From an uncultured Acidimicrobiia bacterium (GTDB taxonomy: Bacteria; Acidobacteriota; Terriglobia; Versatilivoradales; Versatilivoraceae), in NCBI GenBank assembly GCA_963786955.1, contig CAWBAT010000004.1, positions 160,001 through 224,000 on the forward strand: a stretch of DNA of 64,000 bases, given 5' to 3'. The notes beneath the pieces are model-generated. The model had not been told where the DNA came from. It made no database searches and saw only the letters and a program-made list of their open reading frames with translations. The position numbers and the translations under genes were made by a program. How positions within the stretch are numbered: position 1 is the first letter of the stretch; each line of letters opens with the position of its first letter. Positions 1-10,141 of this stretch are shown here, in pieces.

Positions 1-963
1 TATGTCTCGGACCAGTATCCCCTCCGCGTATAAGGCATCAAAAATGAGGCTCGGTGCTCGTTTTGTTTCAAACGCAATGAAATTGGCTTCTGAAGGATAA
101 GCCCGTACCGTTGGAATTTCATTCAGCCGCTGAAACACTCTCTCACGTTCCTCAATCAACAAATCGATCTGAGGCTTCAATAAATCAAAATGTTCAACAG
201 CCGCTTCAGCGGCGACCATTGAGAAGACGTTCAAATTGTAAGGGAGTTTTGCTTTGGCTATCTCCCCAACGATACCCGGATGACCCAATAAATACCCGAC
301 CCGCAACCCAGCCATGGCCATCGCTTTTGAAAAGGTCCTCAAAACCACCAGATTCTCGAATTCTTGAAGGAGTGGAACGGCAGTCTTGCGGCTGAATTCG
401 TGGTACGCTTCATCGACGATCACGAGTCCACAAGCCGCCCTGAGGATCTGGCGTAATTCATCCAGGGTGAGGGCCGTCCCGGTTGGATTATTGGGCGTGC
501 AGAGAATCGTGACGTCGGCGCTTTGAACCGCCATCAACAGTTTCGGAACATCAAACTTCAGATCAGCCGTCAAATAAACTTCGTTACAATCTCCGCCAAG
601 AATCGTTGTCATCAATTTGTAAAGAGTAAAGGTCGGCTGGGGAAAAACAACTCGTTTTCCTTTTTCCACGGTTACAAGTAAGAGCGACTGAATAAGCTCG
701 TTAGAACCATTGCCAACCAATACTCCTTCACTTTTCCATCCTGAAAATGCAGCTAACCGTTTTGTCAATTCTTCCGGGAAGAAGGCCGGGTAGCGGGACC
801 ACAATTTACGAGCCATCACCTTTTCCACGGCGAGCTTGATCGGAGCCGGCATTTCGTAAGGATTCTCATTTTGATTGATTTTGATCTTCGCTTCGAAATG
901 CCGGAGCGTATAGGGTGCCGCCTTGAGCACCTCCGGCTTGATGGCCGACAAGCCCTTTTCCAT
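1..963 (-). CDS. hisC: Histidinol-phosphate aminotransferase (3' end runs off the window; alternative start 987)
   Basis: Manual translation: MEKGLSAIKPEV..KINQNENPY, GNGSNELI, CTPNNPTG, IVDEAYHEF, RTFSKAMAMAGLRVG (PLP lysine). Confidence 0.9.
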   Translation of the reverse strand, partial: MEKGLSAIKPEVLKAAPYTLRHFEAKIKINQNENPYEMPAPIKLAVEKVMARKLWSRYPAFFPEELTKRLAAFSGWKSEGVLVGNGSNELIQSLLLVTVEKGKRVVFPQPTFTLYKLMTTILGGDCNEVYLTADLKFDVPKLLMAVQSADVTILCTPNNPTGTALTLDELRQILRAACGLVIVDEAYHEFSRKTAVPLLQEFENLVVLRTFSKAMAMAGLRVGYLLGHPGIVGEIAKAKLPYNLNVFSMVAAEAAVEHFDLLKPQIDLLIEERERVFQRLNEIPTVRAYPSEANFIAFETKRAPSLIFDALYAEGILVRDI

Positions 964-1047
964 TTTATTATTGGATAAGATTTTCATAGGCTCAGCCCTT
1001 GGGCTGTACTCATTGACACAGCAACCCCTCTAAGACACCTTTCTCCC

Positions 1048-1281
1048 TCAAACTTTGGGCACAGGAGGAGGTAATACTCTGGCTTTGATTTCTGACTGGA
1101 ATTCCGCTCTCCGATGGCTACCGTCACAAAACGGCTTGTTCTGTGAATGTCCGCAGCGGCAAAGCGAAATGATCTTTCTCCCCGACAGATCAAATGAATT
1201 GCCCTCGGAATCACAAATGATGAAATCCCCTTCTATTTTAATGGACCCGTTATTGTTAACAACAATTTTGGTTTCAGGCAT
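1048..1281 (-). CDS. CDGSH iron-sulfur domain protein
   Basis: LCRCGHSQNKPFCDGSH motif. Confidence 0.92.
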   Translation of the reverse strand: MPETKIVVNNNGSIKIEGDFIICDSEGNSFDLSGRKIISLCRCGHSQNKPFCDGSHRRAEFQSEIKARVLPPPVPKV

Positions 1282-1438
1282 TGAACTCTCCCTTTCGATC
1301 GATTTATTCCGGCCTTAGAATGACACAGATCAGGAGAATGGATCAAGTTTGACTGGATACAGTTGATTGCATTCAGCCATTCAGTGTTATCATCACTACC
1401 CATTTGAGACACACAAGAACGATGACTCTCCGCCCAGC

Positions 1439-2323
1439 ATGATTTTGTCAAAATCAAGTCTTGGTTTTGTGTTATCCGTGATCCCAGCGTTGCTCTGGTC
1501 AACCTCTGGCGTCTTGGGAAAAGTCCTGCTCACCGGGACATTAACTCCGTCGCGTTTGGTTTTCTATCGAAGCCTGCTGGGCTCTCTGCTGCTATTTCTG
1601 ATCCTCCTTATCCGTGACAAATCGCTCCTCCGATTAAGCTGGAAAGACCTTCCCTTCTTCCTCTGTATGGGTATTTTCGGTCTCGCGTTCACGCAATTCA
1701 CCTATTACGCCGCCATTCAATCCCTGGATGTCGGTTTTGCCATTTTGCTCCAATACTTGGCTCCCCTGTGGATTCTCTTGTTTGAGCGTTTCTATTACAA
1801 GATGCCTCTGAGTTATTCGAAGATCACGGCACTGGGGTTCGCGCTTTTGGGTTGCTTCATGATTTCGACAGCAACTCCGAATTTCGACAGACTAGGCTTT
1901 CGAGGCCTCATCCTGGGAGTGACTGCGGGGATCTGTTTTGCGGCCTATGGTTTGATGACGAAACATGCTCTGAAATCGCACCATGCTTTAAACGTTTTGT
2001 TTTATAGCCTATTGTTTACGGCCATGTTTTGGGGAATTTTCGGACCCGGATCGCGGGCGCCCGTATCGGAAATTGAAGGGACGAAGGTGTGGATCATCTT
2101 CTATGTGGCCATCTTCGGTACGGTCGTGCCTTATCTGGTCTATCTTTACGCATTAAGACTGCTTGAGGCCAGCCGAGTGGGAATTATCAGTACACTTGAG
2201 CCCGTTTTTGCAGCGGCAATCGCCTGGATGTATTTGGGTGAGAACCTTTCCCTACTCCAGATCGTCGGAGGGGGATGTGTCCTTTTGGCTATTAGTATTC
2301 TTCAATCGGGGCAGAACCAGTGA
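1439..2323 (+). CDS. EamA/DMT family transporter
   Basis: About 10 hydrophobic helices in two EamA repeats, STLEPVFAA motif; start moved to MILSKSS. Confidence 0.88.
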   Translation: MILSKSSLGFVLSVIPALLWSTSGVLGKVLLTGTLTPSRLVFYRSLLGSLLLFLILLIRDKSLLRLSWKDLPFFLCMGIFGLAFTQFTYYAAIQSLDVGFAILLQYLAPLWILLFERFYYKMPLSYSKITALGFALLGCFMISTATPNFDRLGFRGLILGVTAGICFAAYGLMTKHALKSHHALNVLFYSLLFTAMFWGIFGPGSRAPVSEIEGTKVWIIFYVAIFGTVVPYLVYLYALRLLEASRVGIISTLEPVFAAAIAWMYLGENLSLLQIVGGGCVLLAISILQSGQNQ

Positions 2324-2441
2324 CCTGGATTGGGAATCCTCTGGCTTCATTTTGAGCTGCACCCGTGGGCTTTTGAGAGGCCGGAAACGTTACGTTGCCG
2401 GAGGTAGCCTAGGGCGTGGTCGTCGCGAAACCTTTTGTGAA

Positions 2442-3482
2442 TTATTCCTCGCCCTTGGTTTTGATCTGGGCCATTTGCTGAAGAATCCGCTGGTTTTCAG
2501 ACGAATCTGGATGCAATCGTAAGAATTCCTCCAATTCCCGAAGCGCTGAATCCGATTGACTCATTCGCTGATATATACCGGCCAGAACCAGCTGCGGTTG
2601 AGAATAATGCAACGGATCGATCTGCTTTGCGCGGATCAAATAGCCGACAGCCTGGTCGTCCTCGTGAAGCGCCACATAATTCAATCCAAGCAGCGCATTG
2701 GCCATCGCATCGAAAGACTGCGAGTGAAGTGCTTTGAGGTTGTAAGGCAGGGCTTCTTCAGGTTTTCCCTCAGAAAGCAAGGTCTCGCCAAGATTCACCA
2801 GAGGTTCGTAAGCTTTCGGGTCTTCCTCTAAAGCTCGGCGAAAAGTCTCTTCTGCCTTGGCATAGTCTTTTCGAAAGAAATAAACCGTGCCGAGGCGATT
2901 CAATGCCGTGATGAATCGCGGCGCCAACCGGATGGCCTCTTCGAGATGATGAATCCCGTTTTCAATTTGGCCTTTAAGCAATGCCTCATCGGCGTGGGCA
3001 TATTCGTTTTGTGCTTTGGGAGGAACGGCCAATTCCATCCACGAAACAACCTGTGGTTTGTTTCTGATTGAATTAAAGGAGCGAGGATTCAGAATAATGA
3101 CCTTGATGATTCGCCCTTTCTCATCGGCATTGGCAGGATTGATTTCCAAAGTCATGCGCTGCTCTGCCCGCTTGTTCACCTCTGCCACGAGCGTATACGA
3201 GCCTGCCTCCAGATTGCGGAAGCGAAAACTCCCGCAAAGATCAGTCCAGCCGGAAGAAGAATAAGGGTGCAAGTTCCCCGTTAAGCCGACAAAAGCGTAG
3301 GCCTTTTTGGAATTCTGTTCAGTGCCGATTCGAATTTCTCCAAAGAGCTCGAACCTTGTGGGGACGGAGGCAGGCTTCAATTTAGCCTCCGCTGCAAAGG
3401 AGGTTTGGAAAGTATTCAACATCCCCAGCGCAAGGAAAAGAAACTGGAGTTTGATAAATCTCGATGTAGCATTGCCATCCAT
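2442..3482 (-). CDS. Secreted TPR protein with an N-terminal carboxypeptidase-regulatory-like beta domain
   Basis: Signal peptide, GSFRFRNLEAGSYTL, TPR repeats (ALNRLGTVY, PLVNLGETL). Confidence 0.75.
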   Translation of the reverse strand: MDGNATSRFIKLQFLFLALGMLNTFQTSFAAEAKLKPASVPTRFELFGEIRIGTEQNSKKAYAFVGLTGNLHPYSSSGWTDLCGSFRFRNLEAGSYTLVAEVNKRAEQRMTLEINPANADEKGRIIKVIILNPRSFNSIRNKPQVVSWMELAVPPKAQNEYAHADEALLKGQIENGIHHLEEAIRLAPRFITALNRLGTVYFFRKDYAKAEETFRRALEEDPKAYEPLVNLGETLLSEGKPEEALPYNLKALHSQSFDAMANALLGLNYVALHEDDQAVGYLIRAKQIDPLHYSQPQLVLAGIYQRMSQSDSALRELEEFLRLHPDSSENQRILQQMAQIKTKGEE

Positions 3483-3611
3483 GGAATCACCGTGGAGGAC
3501 GAAATTTGCCCGATAGTTATCTAAATTACCCTCGATATTGTTATATTTTATCATCCTCCAAAAATCCTGCAAGGGAAACAAATTAATCGTATCGGGTTAT
3601 TTTCCGGTGAC

Positions 3612-3763
3612 CCGCGGGTGGCGAAGACATCGTTTTGTGATGTCTTCGATTTTTTTACGAAATCAGCTCTTCCGATTGCACACGGAAAGCCCGCAGAGAA
3701 AACGTATTGGTGTTGGCAAGGACGCTGATGCATGGCACTGGGCCGAGCAAGTTCAGGCATCTC
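3612..3763. repeat. Repeat L, copy 1 (starts with a GGTGGCGAAGACAT...ATGTCTTCG hairpin)
   Basis: Near-identical to 5648-5797. Confidence 0.9.
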
Positions 3764-4079
3764 AGTCGTGTCACTTTCTCCTTCCAAAGATGAATTAATT
3801 TAAGCCTTGCTTCACCATACTTAAATCCTAAAGGCAGTCACTTGGGTGGACTGAATGGAGATCGAACAAAATCGTTAATAATTGAAACAGCGTCAGGTAT
3901 ACTTTGTCCGTCCCGAATACCAAAAGCGAGTTCTCGATGAAAGCGAGCTGCTACCCAATTGGAGCACTACCGAGGCGGCAAAGACAAAAGAACGAGAAAC
4001 GCTTTCCCACAGGGGATATCTATGCTCTCATCTGCCAAGTTGGTAGATCAGAGTGAATGCATTAAATGAGGAGTCACGA

Positions 4080-5534
4080 ATGAAGAGATACAAGGCCGGT
4101 CTCATCATGCCCCACCCCGAAGACCAGAAGTGGGATAGCGTTTGGAAGATTTTCCGGTTTCCCAATCTGAATCTACCGACCCTTGCCGCGCTCATGCCTC
4201 AGGAGGAATGGGACATCGAGATTCAAGATGAGTTGGTGGGTCCGCTTAACTTCGAGCGCGATTATGACCTTGTCCTGATCAGCGTCACAACTTCTGTAGC
4301 AATCAAGTCCTACGAGGTAGCGCGGATCTTTCGCGCGAACGGCGCCACGGTCGTACTGGGAGGAATTCATCCGTCTGCGCTTCCGGAAGAGGCGGCCCAG
4401 CACGCGGATGCAGTGGTGATCGGCGAAGCGGAACTAACCTTGCCGCGCCTGCTCGACGATTTCAAAGAGGGACGGCTTGAAACTTTCTACCGAATGCCCG
4501 GAATGGTGGGGACATGGGACCAGAAGTTGCCTCGCTGGGATCTTTTGGACTCGAAGGGGTACCTGTTCCGCGAGTCCATGACTGCTACACGCGGCTGCAA
4601 CTACCGCTGCACGTTTTGCTCGATTCATCTGGCTTTGGGCGGGGGGGAGTACGGTTACCGAAAGCGTCCGCCCCAGGAAATCGCCCGGATTGTCGAGGGC
4701 ATCGAGGGGTCGTTCGTCATGTTTTGGGATGATGATCTGTTGTCCGAACCGCGCTATACGGCAGATCTCTGCCGGGAGCTGAAACCCCTGAAGAAGCACT
4801 GGATGAGTCAGATGAGCGCCACGTACGCTGCCCAACATCCCGAGGTGCTCAAGCTGCTCTCTGAAAGCGGATGCACGGCAATGTTCATGGGCCTGGAATC
4901 CATCAGTCAGGGCTCGCTCAAGTCAGTCAACAAGCAGAACAACGCAGCGCAATACGAGGAAACGCTCCGGCGCATACATGACAACGGCATCGACATTCAT
5001 GCCGGGTTCGTCTCCGGTCTTGACCACGAGGATGTCCACAGCTTCGAACAGACCGTCGAGTGGGCGAATCGGGTCGGACTGTGTGGCGCGATTTTCCGGA
5101 TCCTCACTCCCTATCCGGGAACAAGGCAATTTGAGGAACTCAGGGCCGCCGGCCGCCTCCTGACCACAGATTGGACCAGCTACAGCGGCGAGCACGTGGT
5201 TTTCCGACCGCTCAAAATGAGCGTTGAAGAGCTATACTGGGGGCACAAGTGGGCTAAGCGCCAGTTCTATTCATTTCGGTCGATCGGGGAGCGCGCTGTC
5301 CGGCGCGCCAAGATCCATGGGCCGGGGGAACTGTTGAACACCTTTGGCGTAGGGATGGGCTACCGCGCCATGTTCCATCTTCCCATTGAGGATCTACCCG
5401 TGAATGTGTACAGGGACAAAGGACACCTACCGCCTCAGCCTCAGCCTATCCCATACCGGTTTCCTTATCCTCCCGTGAATAATCTGAAACTGTCGATCAT
5501 GAACCGTCTCTCTGACTTGGTTCCATTCGGGTAA
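4080..5534 (+). CDS. B12-binding domain radical SAM protein
   Basis: N-terminal cobalamin-binding-like domain (VVLGGIHPS, VVIGEAE), RGCNYRCTFC CxxxCxxC, FMGLES, LTPYPGT; GAGGAG RBS. Confidence 0.88.
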   Translation: MKRYKAGLIMPHPEDQKWDSVWKIFRFPNLNLPTLAALMPQEEWDIEIQDELVGPLNFERDYDLVLISVTTSVAIKSYEVARIFRANGATVVLGGIHPSALPEEAAQHADAVVIGEAELTLPRLLDDFKEGRLETFYRMPGMVGTWDQKLPRWDLLDSKGYLFRESMTATRGCNYRCTFCSIHLALGGGEYGYRKRPPQEIARIVEGIEGSFVMFWDDDLLSEPRYTADLCRELKPLKKHWMSQMSATYAAQHPEVLKLLSESGCTAMFMGLESISQGSLKSVNKQNNAAQYEETLRRIHDNGIDIHAGFVSGLDHEDVHSFEQTVEWANRVGLCGAIFRILTPYPGTRQFEELRAAGRLLTTDWTSYSGEHVVFRPLKMSVEELYWGHKWAKRQFYSFRSIGERAVRRAKIHGPGELLNTFGVGMGYRAMFHLPIEDLPVNVYRDKGHLPPQPQPIPYRFPYPPVNNLKLSIMNRLSDLVPFG

Positions 5535-5647
5535 GCTATGTCGTGCTCTTCATAGCATTGCTTCCTCCGACTGGGACAAGAGCAGGGAAATGGGGTCATG
5601 ACTCGATATTAGATTCTGCTGCAAAACCCATCCTGATAGGCTAAAAA

Positions 5648-6098
5648 CCGCGGGTGGCGAAGACATCGTTTTGCGATGTCTTCGATTCTTTTACGAAATC
5701 AGCTCTTCCGATTGCACACGGAAAGCCGCCGAGAAACCTATTGGCGTTGGCAAGGACGCTGATGCATGGCACTGGGTCGGGCAAGTCCAGGCATCTCTGA
5801 AATGTCAAGCCACCCTCTTTCATGAAAAAAACGGCAGGAAATCTGCACCTACGCGACTTCTCAAGAAATAGAGTGAATTATTTCCCATTGCTGATGAATC
5901 ATACCCGCTCAATGCCGCATAAAATCAGGGGGGTTGCGGCAGAATCCGATGTCAAACCTGAGCCCCCTCTCTTCCCTGTTTCCTCATTTCTCTTACATAA
6001 AGCTGCTGCTTCGAAGACATGCAAATGACGCATGTCTTCGCCACCCGCCCATCTTGCTTCTCAGTTCTTGAATAATGAGATGTGGTGACCCCTTTTTT
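5648..6098. repeat. Complete L+R element with inverted terminal hairpin repeats (REPIN/MITE-like)
   Basis: GCGGGTGGCGAAGACAT at 5650 and its reverse complement ending at 6048; left half matches 3612-3763, right half matches 9741-10006. Confidence 0.85.
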
Positions 6099-6289
6099 CT
6101 CCTTTTTCCTATCCGGCGAACAGTTCGGGCAGGGTTTCGGCGATGGCGTCCATCTCGCAAGCGAAATAACTATCGGGTGGATGTGAAAATGGCCTGTGCC
6201 GGCGATTTTATGTGGCAGACCGGCGCGGTCGGTTGCTATAATTTATAGCCTCGAATGAGACCGGCGTAGCGAAACACCCTGAAGAAGCC

Positions 6290-6319
6290 TTGACTTGTGG
6301 CTTTGTAAGCAAATATTCT
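6290..6319 (+). promoter_or_regulatory. Putative sigma70 promoter of the 6426-9661 operon
   Basis: TTGACT-N18-TATTCT. Confidence 0.45.
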
Positions 6320-6425
6320 TTTTCAGATAAACCCGACGCAAGAGTCATTCCGCCTTGAACCACCCAGCGTCATGTAAAAGCGGGCGCATGAAAAACGAAT
6401 CCTATCAGTTCATTATTGGAGGTCC

Positions 6426-7754
6426 ATGATGACCCAATCGACAAAGCTCAGATTCTTTCCCCTGTACGCCCTGCTCCTGCTGATGTTGCCAGGGTGTTCC
6501 GACAAGCGGGAGGGCGGCGCCGCTCGCCGCAATGTCGAAGAGAGCCAGGCCCTGGTGCTGCTGCGTGGCCTGCCCACACTCGGCACCACCCACAGCGTCG
6601 CCATCGTCGAACTGAACCCGGACGCGGCGAATTTCGGTGCGATACTACAGGAGTTCGAACTTCCGAACCTCGCGTTCCCAATGCACCACCTTTACTACAG
6701 CCCTAACGGGCGGCTGTACTCGACCGGTCTTGACCCCAAGTGCAGCCTGGCCGAAATTGGCCTGTCGCGCAACGCCAACGGGGCCGCAGTGATCAACGGC
6801 GTCAAATGCCTCGATACCGGCGGTCAACAGGTCGGTGAAGACATCATCTGGCACAGCGTCAACGGCAAGGAATACATGTTCGTGACCTTCATGGGTGGCA
6901 CTGGCGTGGACCAGCCCGACTGCGGCTCGGTCGGCGTGTTCGATCCGCAGACTAATGCAGTTATCAAGATCGTCCAGGCGCGCAAGAGCGTTGTGGCCAA
7001 GGGTGCGCCATACATCATGTACCCGCACGGCATATCGGCGTACCAGGATCGCATGGTGCTTGGCTCTGCGGTTCACCCGGATCTCAAGACCGGCGTCGGT
7101 GATGCGATTGCCGTCATCGACCTGAACACCTTCGAGCCGATCCAGAACATCGTCGTCCAAGACGCGAAGCCGGTGGGCTTTCCATCGTCGCCGGTCGAAG
7201 TACTTTTTGTGCGACCCAGCATCGTGCCGGGCGTCGCGCCGGCCGTGCTGGTCAATACGATGTTCGGATTTGAAGTCTGGAAGATCCCGTACAACGAGGC
7301 GGACAAGAGTTTCGGCGTCCCCGTGAAGTTATACGACGGGGCGAAAGCGGGCACCGGAGTCCCACTCGAGTTCTATGGTAACGCGACCGAGTTGTTCGTC
7401 AGCCACGCTCTGCCGGGCGTCGTGAAGCGCTATAAACTCTCGGGCCTGCCTGAACTCGTTCCCTCGGGCGCGGACATCAAAGCCGAGGTGGGTGCGCACC
7501 ATATGATCTTTTTCACCACCGCCGCTGGCCGCAAGGTCATTGCAATACAGAACAACCTGCTGAATCTCGGCAACAAGGCCGACAACGATCCGACCGATGT
7601 CGATTTCATCGCCAAGCTCAACGCGCATTCGATCACCGTGCACGACCTGCAGAGCGGTGAGCTCATCGCAAAGGTCAACTTCAAGGAGCGCTACAAGAAG
7701 GGCGTCGAGAACATCGAGGCGCTGTTCGGCTCCGGCTTCGTGCACCACCATTGA
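6426..7754 (+). CDS. His-rich beta-propeller lipoprotein, SBP56/methanethiol-oxidase-like
   Basis: Lipobox LPGC; VAIVELNPDAANFGAIL..ELP..PMHH resembles the SBP56 N-terminal motif; YPHGIS, GAHHM, C-terminal HHH. Confidence 0.6.
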   Translation: MMTQSTKLRFFPLYALLLLMLPGCSDKREGGAARRNVEESQALVLLRGLPTLGTTHSVAIVELNPDAANFGAILQEFELPNLAFPMHHLYYSPNGRLYSTGLDPKCSLAEIGLSRNANGAAVINGVKCLDTGGQQVGEDIIWHSVNGKEYMFVTFMGGTGVDQPDCGSVGVFDPQTNAVIKIVQARKSVVAKGAPYIMYPHGISAYQDRMVLGSAVHPDLKTGVGDAIAVIDLNTFEPIQNIVVQDAKPVGFPSSPVEVLFVRPSIVPGVAPAVLVNTMFGFEVWKIPYNEADKSFGVPVKLYDGAKAGTGVPLEFYGNATELFVSHALPGVVKRYKLSGLPELVPSGADIKAEVGAHHMIFFTTAAGRKVIAIQNNLLNLGNKADNDPTDVDFIAKLNAHSITVHDLQSGELIAKVNFKERYKKGVENIEALFGSGFVHHH

Positions 7755-7759
7755 CGTCT

Positions 7760-8888
7760 ATGCTGCGCTTGCAAGGTGTTGTTGCTGCGGCGGCGTTGAT
7801 CGCCGCGCTGCTCGCAGCAATGGCAACAGGAGGCCTGCAATAAAGAGCGTCGGGCAGCGACCCCGCTATCCGGTTTCTCGGCGCCGTTCGTGTTCGGTCA
7901 CTTCCAGGTGCCCGCCGACAACCCGCTGACCAAGGAATCGGTGGAGCTCGGCCGGCGGCTCTTCTACGATCCACGCTTGTCGGCTAACGGTAAAGTGTCC
8001 TGCGCGACCTGTCATATCCAGCGCCTGGCCTTCACCGATGGCCGTGTCACCAGTGTCGGCGTATCCGGCAAGTCGCTGGCGTTCAACAGTATGAGCCTGG
8101 CCAACCTGATGTGGGGTCCACAGCACTTCTTCTGGAACGGGCGCGCCGCCACGCTGGAGGAGCAGGCGCTGATCCCGATCCAGCATCCGGATGAAATGGC
8201 GCAGGACCTGGGGCGACTGGTTGCCGAACTCTCCACCGATGCCAGCTACCGGGAAATGTTCGAAACGGCTTACGGCGAAGTCAGCGTGGCAGCAATCGCC
8301 CGTGCGCTGGCTTCATTCGAACGCACCTTGATCTCGTCCAATTCGCGCTACGACCAGTTCCTGCGCGGCGAGATCACACTGAATCCGCAGGAGGAACTGG
8401 GACGCAAGCTGTTCATGGCCCACCCGGACGTCAAAGTGAGTCTGCGCGGCGCCAACTGCATAGACTGTCACAGCCAGTTCCTAACCGGCGGCTTCAGTAC
8501 GCGCTACGACGGCTTCTCCAACAATGGCCTCGATGACGAGGACCACCTGCGGCCCGGCCTGCAGGTGGTCACTGGCAACCCGACACATCGCGGGCTGTTC
8601 AAGGTACCGTCGTTGCGGAACGTTGCGCTCACCGCGCCCTATATGCACGATGGCCGTTTCAAGACGCTCGAGGAGGTGCTGGATCACTACGACAGCGGGA
8701 TCAGGAACAGCAGCACACTTAGCTCCCTGATCGTGGAGGCCGACAACCGCGGCGGGGCGGCGGCAGGACGGATCAGCCTGCATCTGACGGCAACAGAGAA
8801 GGCGGCCATCATCACCTTCCTGCGCACGCTGACGGACCAGGATTTCGTGAGCGCAGAAAAGTTCTCCGATCCATTCGCGCGCAAGTGA
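7760..8888 (+). CDS. Di-heme cytochrome c peroxidase family, MbnH/MauG-like (extra base near 7834; ORF track start 7890)
   Basis: LGRRLFYDPRLS, CATCH, FWNGRA, CIDCH, FKVPSLRNVALTAPYMHDG; removing one C gives a signal peptide with lipobox ATGGC. Confidence 0.88.
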
Positions 8889-9661
8889 ATCGCATGCATA
8901 GAGCAAAGTACGTCATACCGATCCTGTTCGCGCTGGCCGCGATACTCAGCATCACAGGCTGGTGGCTATACCGCGCAGCGCAGCCGATTGAACTGGCACT
9001 GTACTTTCATCCGTTCGTCGGTCCGGAGCCGCTGGTGCTCAACGAATCGCGCTATCCCAATCCGGGTGGCGAGGGTCGTTTCAAGGTGCGCGATTTCCAG
9101 TTTTTTCTCAGCAACATCCGGCTAACGGGCGGTAACGGCGTGTACATCGAACCCGACAGTTATCACCTGGTGCGATTCGACGGCACCGAACCCGCCTTTG
9201 GCATCGTGCTGCACGACGTGCCGCGCCGGGACTACCAGCGGATCGAGTTTGGCATCGGCGTGGATGCCGCCGCCAACAAGTCGCTTGCGCAACGCGGAGA
9301 CCTGGACCCCAACGGCCGCATGGCCTGGAACTGGGAGGTCGGTTACAAATTCGTGCTGTTCGAAGGCACACTGGTGCGCGGAAACGAGAGCGTTCCGCTC
9401 GTCTATCACGTTGGATTCGAGGAGAACTACCGGCTCATCGCGACCGAGTTGCACCGCGAGCCACTGGGCCACCGCCCCGCGCGGCTGGATTTCCGGGTCG
9501 ATATCCTGCGCCTCTTCCAGGGTTCTACAACCGTCGACATGGTGGCGCTACCCAGTGTGAAGTTCGATCGGGCCGACGCGGCGCTGCTCGCGCGCAATTT
9601 TGCCACCATGGTCAAGCCGATGTGGCCTGGTGCAGCCGGTCAACCCGACGGGGTCCGTTGA
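8885..9661 (+). CDS. MbnP family copper-binding protein
   Basis: FFLSNIRL, FGIGVD, GDLDP..MAWNWEVGYKF (WxW motif), LVYHVG; overlaps the stop of the di-heme gene. Confidence 0.8.
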   Translation: MNRMHRAKYVIPILFALAAILSITGWWLYRAAQPIELALYFHPFVGPEPLVLNESRYPNPGGEGRFKVRDFQFFLSNIRLTGGNGVYIEPDSYHLVRFDGTEPAFGIVLHDVPRRDYQRIEFGIGVDAAANKSLAQRGDLDPNGRMAWNWEVGYKFVLFEGTLVRGNESVPLVYHVGFEENYRLIATELHREPLGHRPARLDFRVDILRLFQGSTTVDMVALPSVKFDRADAALLARNFATMVKPMWPGAAGQPDGVR

Positions 9662-9740
9662 TTCTGCCGCGTCTCGTGCATCACGCCTCCTCGAAACACG
9701 CCGAAGTCGCGGTGCCGTCGCTGGCCAATTGGGAGAAGGG

Positions 9741-10006
9741 AACGGCAGAAAATCTGCACCTACACAACTTCTCAAGAAATAGAGTGAATTATTTCCCATT
9801 GTTAATGAATCATACCCGCTCAATGCCGCATAAAATCAGGGGGTTCGCGGCAGAATCCGATGTCAAGACTGAGCCCCTTCTCTTCCCTCTTCTCTCATTT
9901 CTCTTATATGAGGCAGCTGCTTCGAAGACATGCAAATGACGCATGTCTTCGCCACCTACCCATCTTGCTCCTCATTTCTTGAATAATGAAATGTGACCCC
10001 TTTTTT
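9741..10006. repeat. Repeat R, copy 2
   Basis: Near-identical to 5829-6098. Confidence 0.9.
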
Positions 10007-10141
10007 CCTTTAAATCCTTGGACGCAGTGAGCCAAGATTATCTTAGTGGTTAGGGGAGCCACCGAGCCGCTGTTGCATGATGACGTGAGCTCGTTTCAGA
10101 TCTTTGCCAACCCTCAAACCGCCCACCGAAGCGGGTTCCTG

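Noticed and set aside
3551-6028. Repeated short ORFs within the L/R repeats (e.g. 3551-3787, 5641-5823, 5822-6028)
   Set aside because: Inconsistent starts and frames between copies; by-products of the DNA repeat
6426-9661. Methanobactin biosynthetic cluster
   Set aside because: No mbnA, mbnB, mbnC or TonB-dependent transporter present
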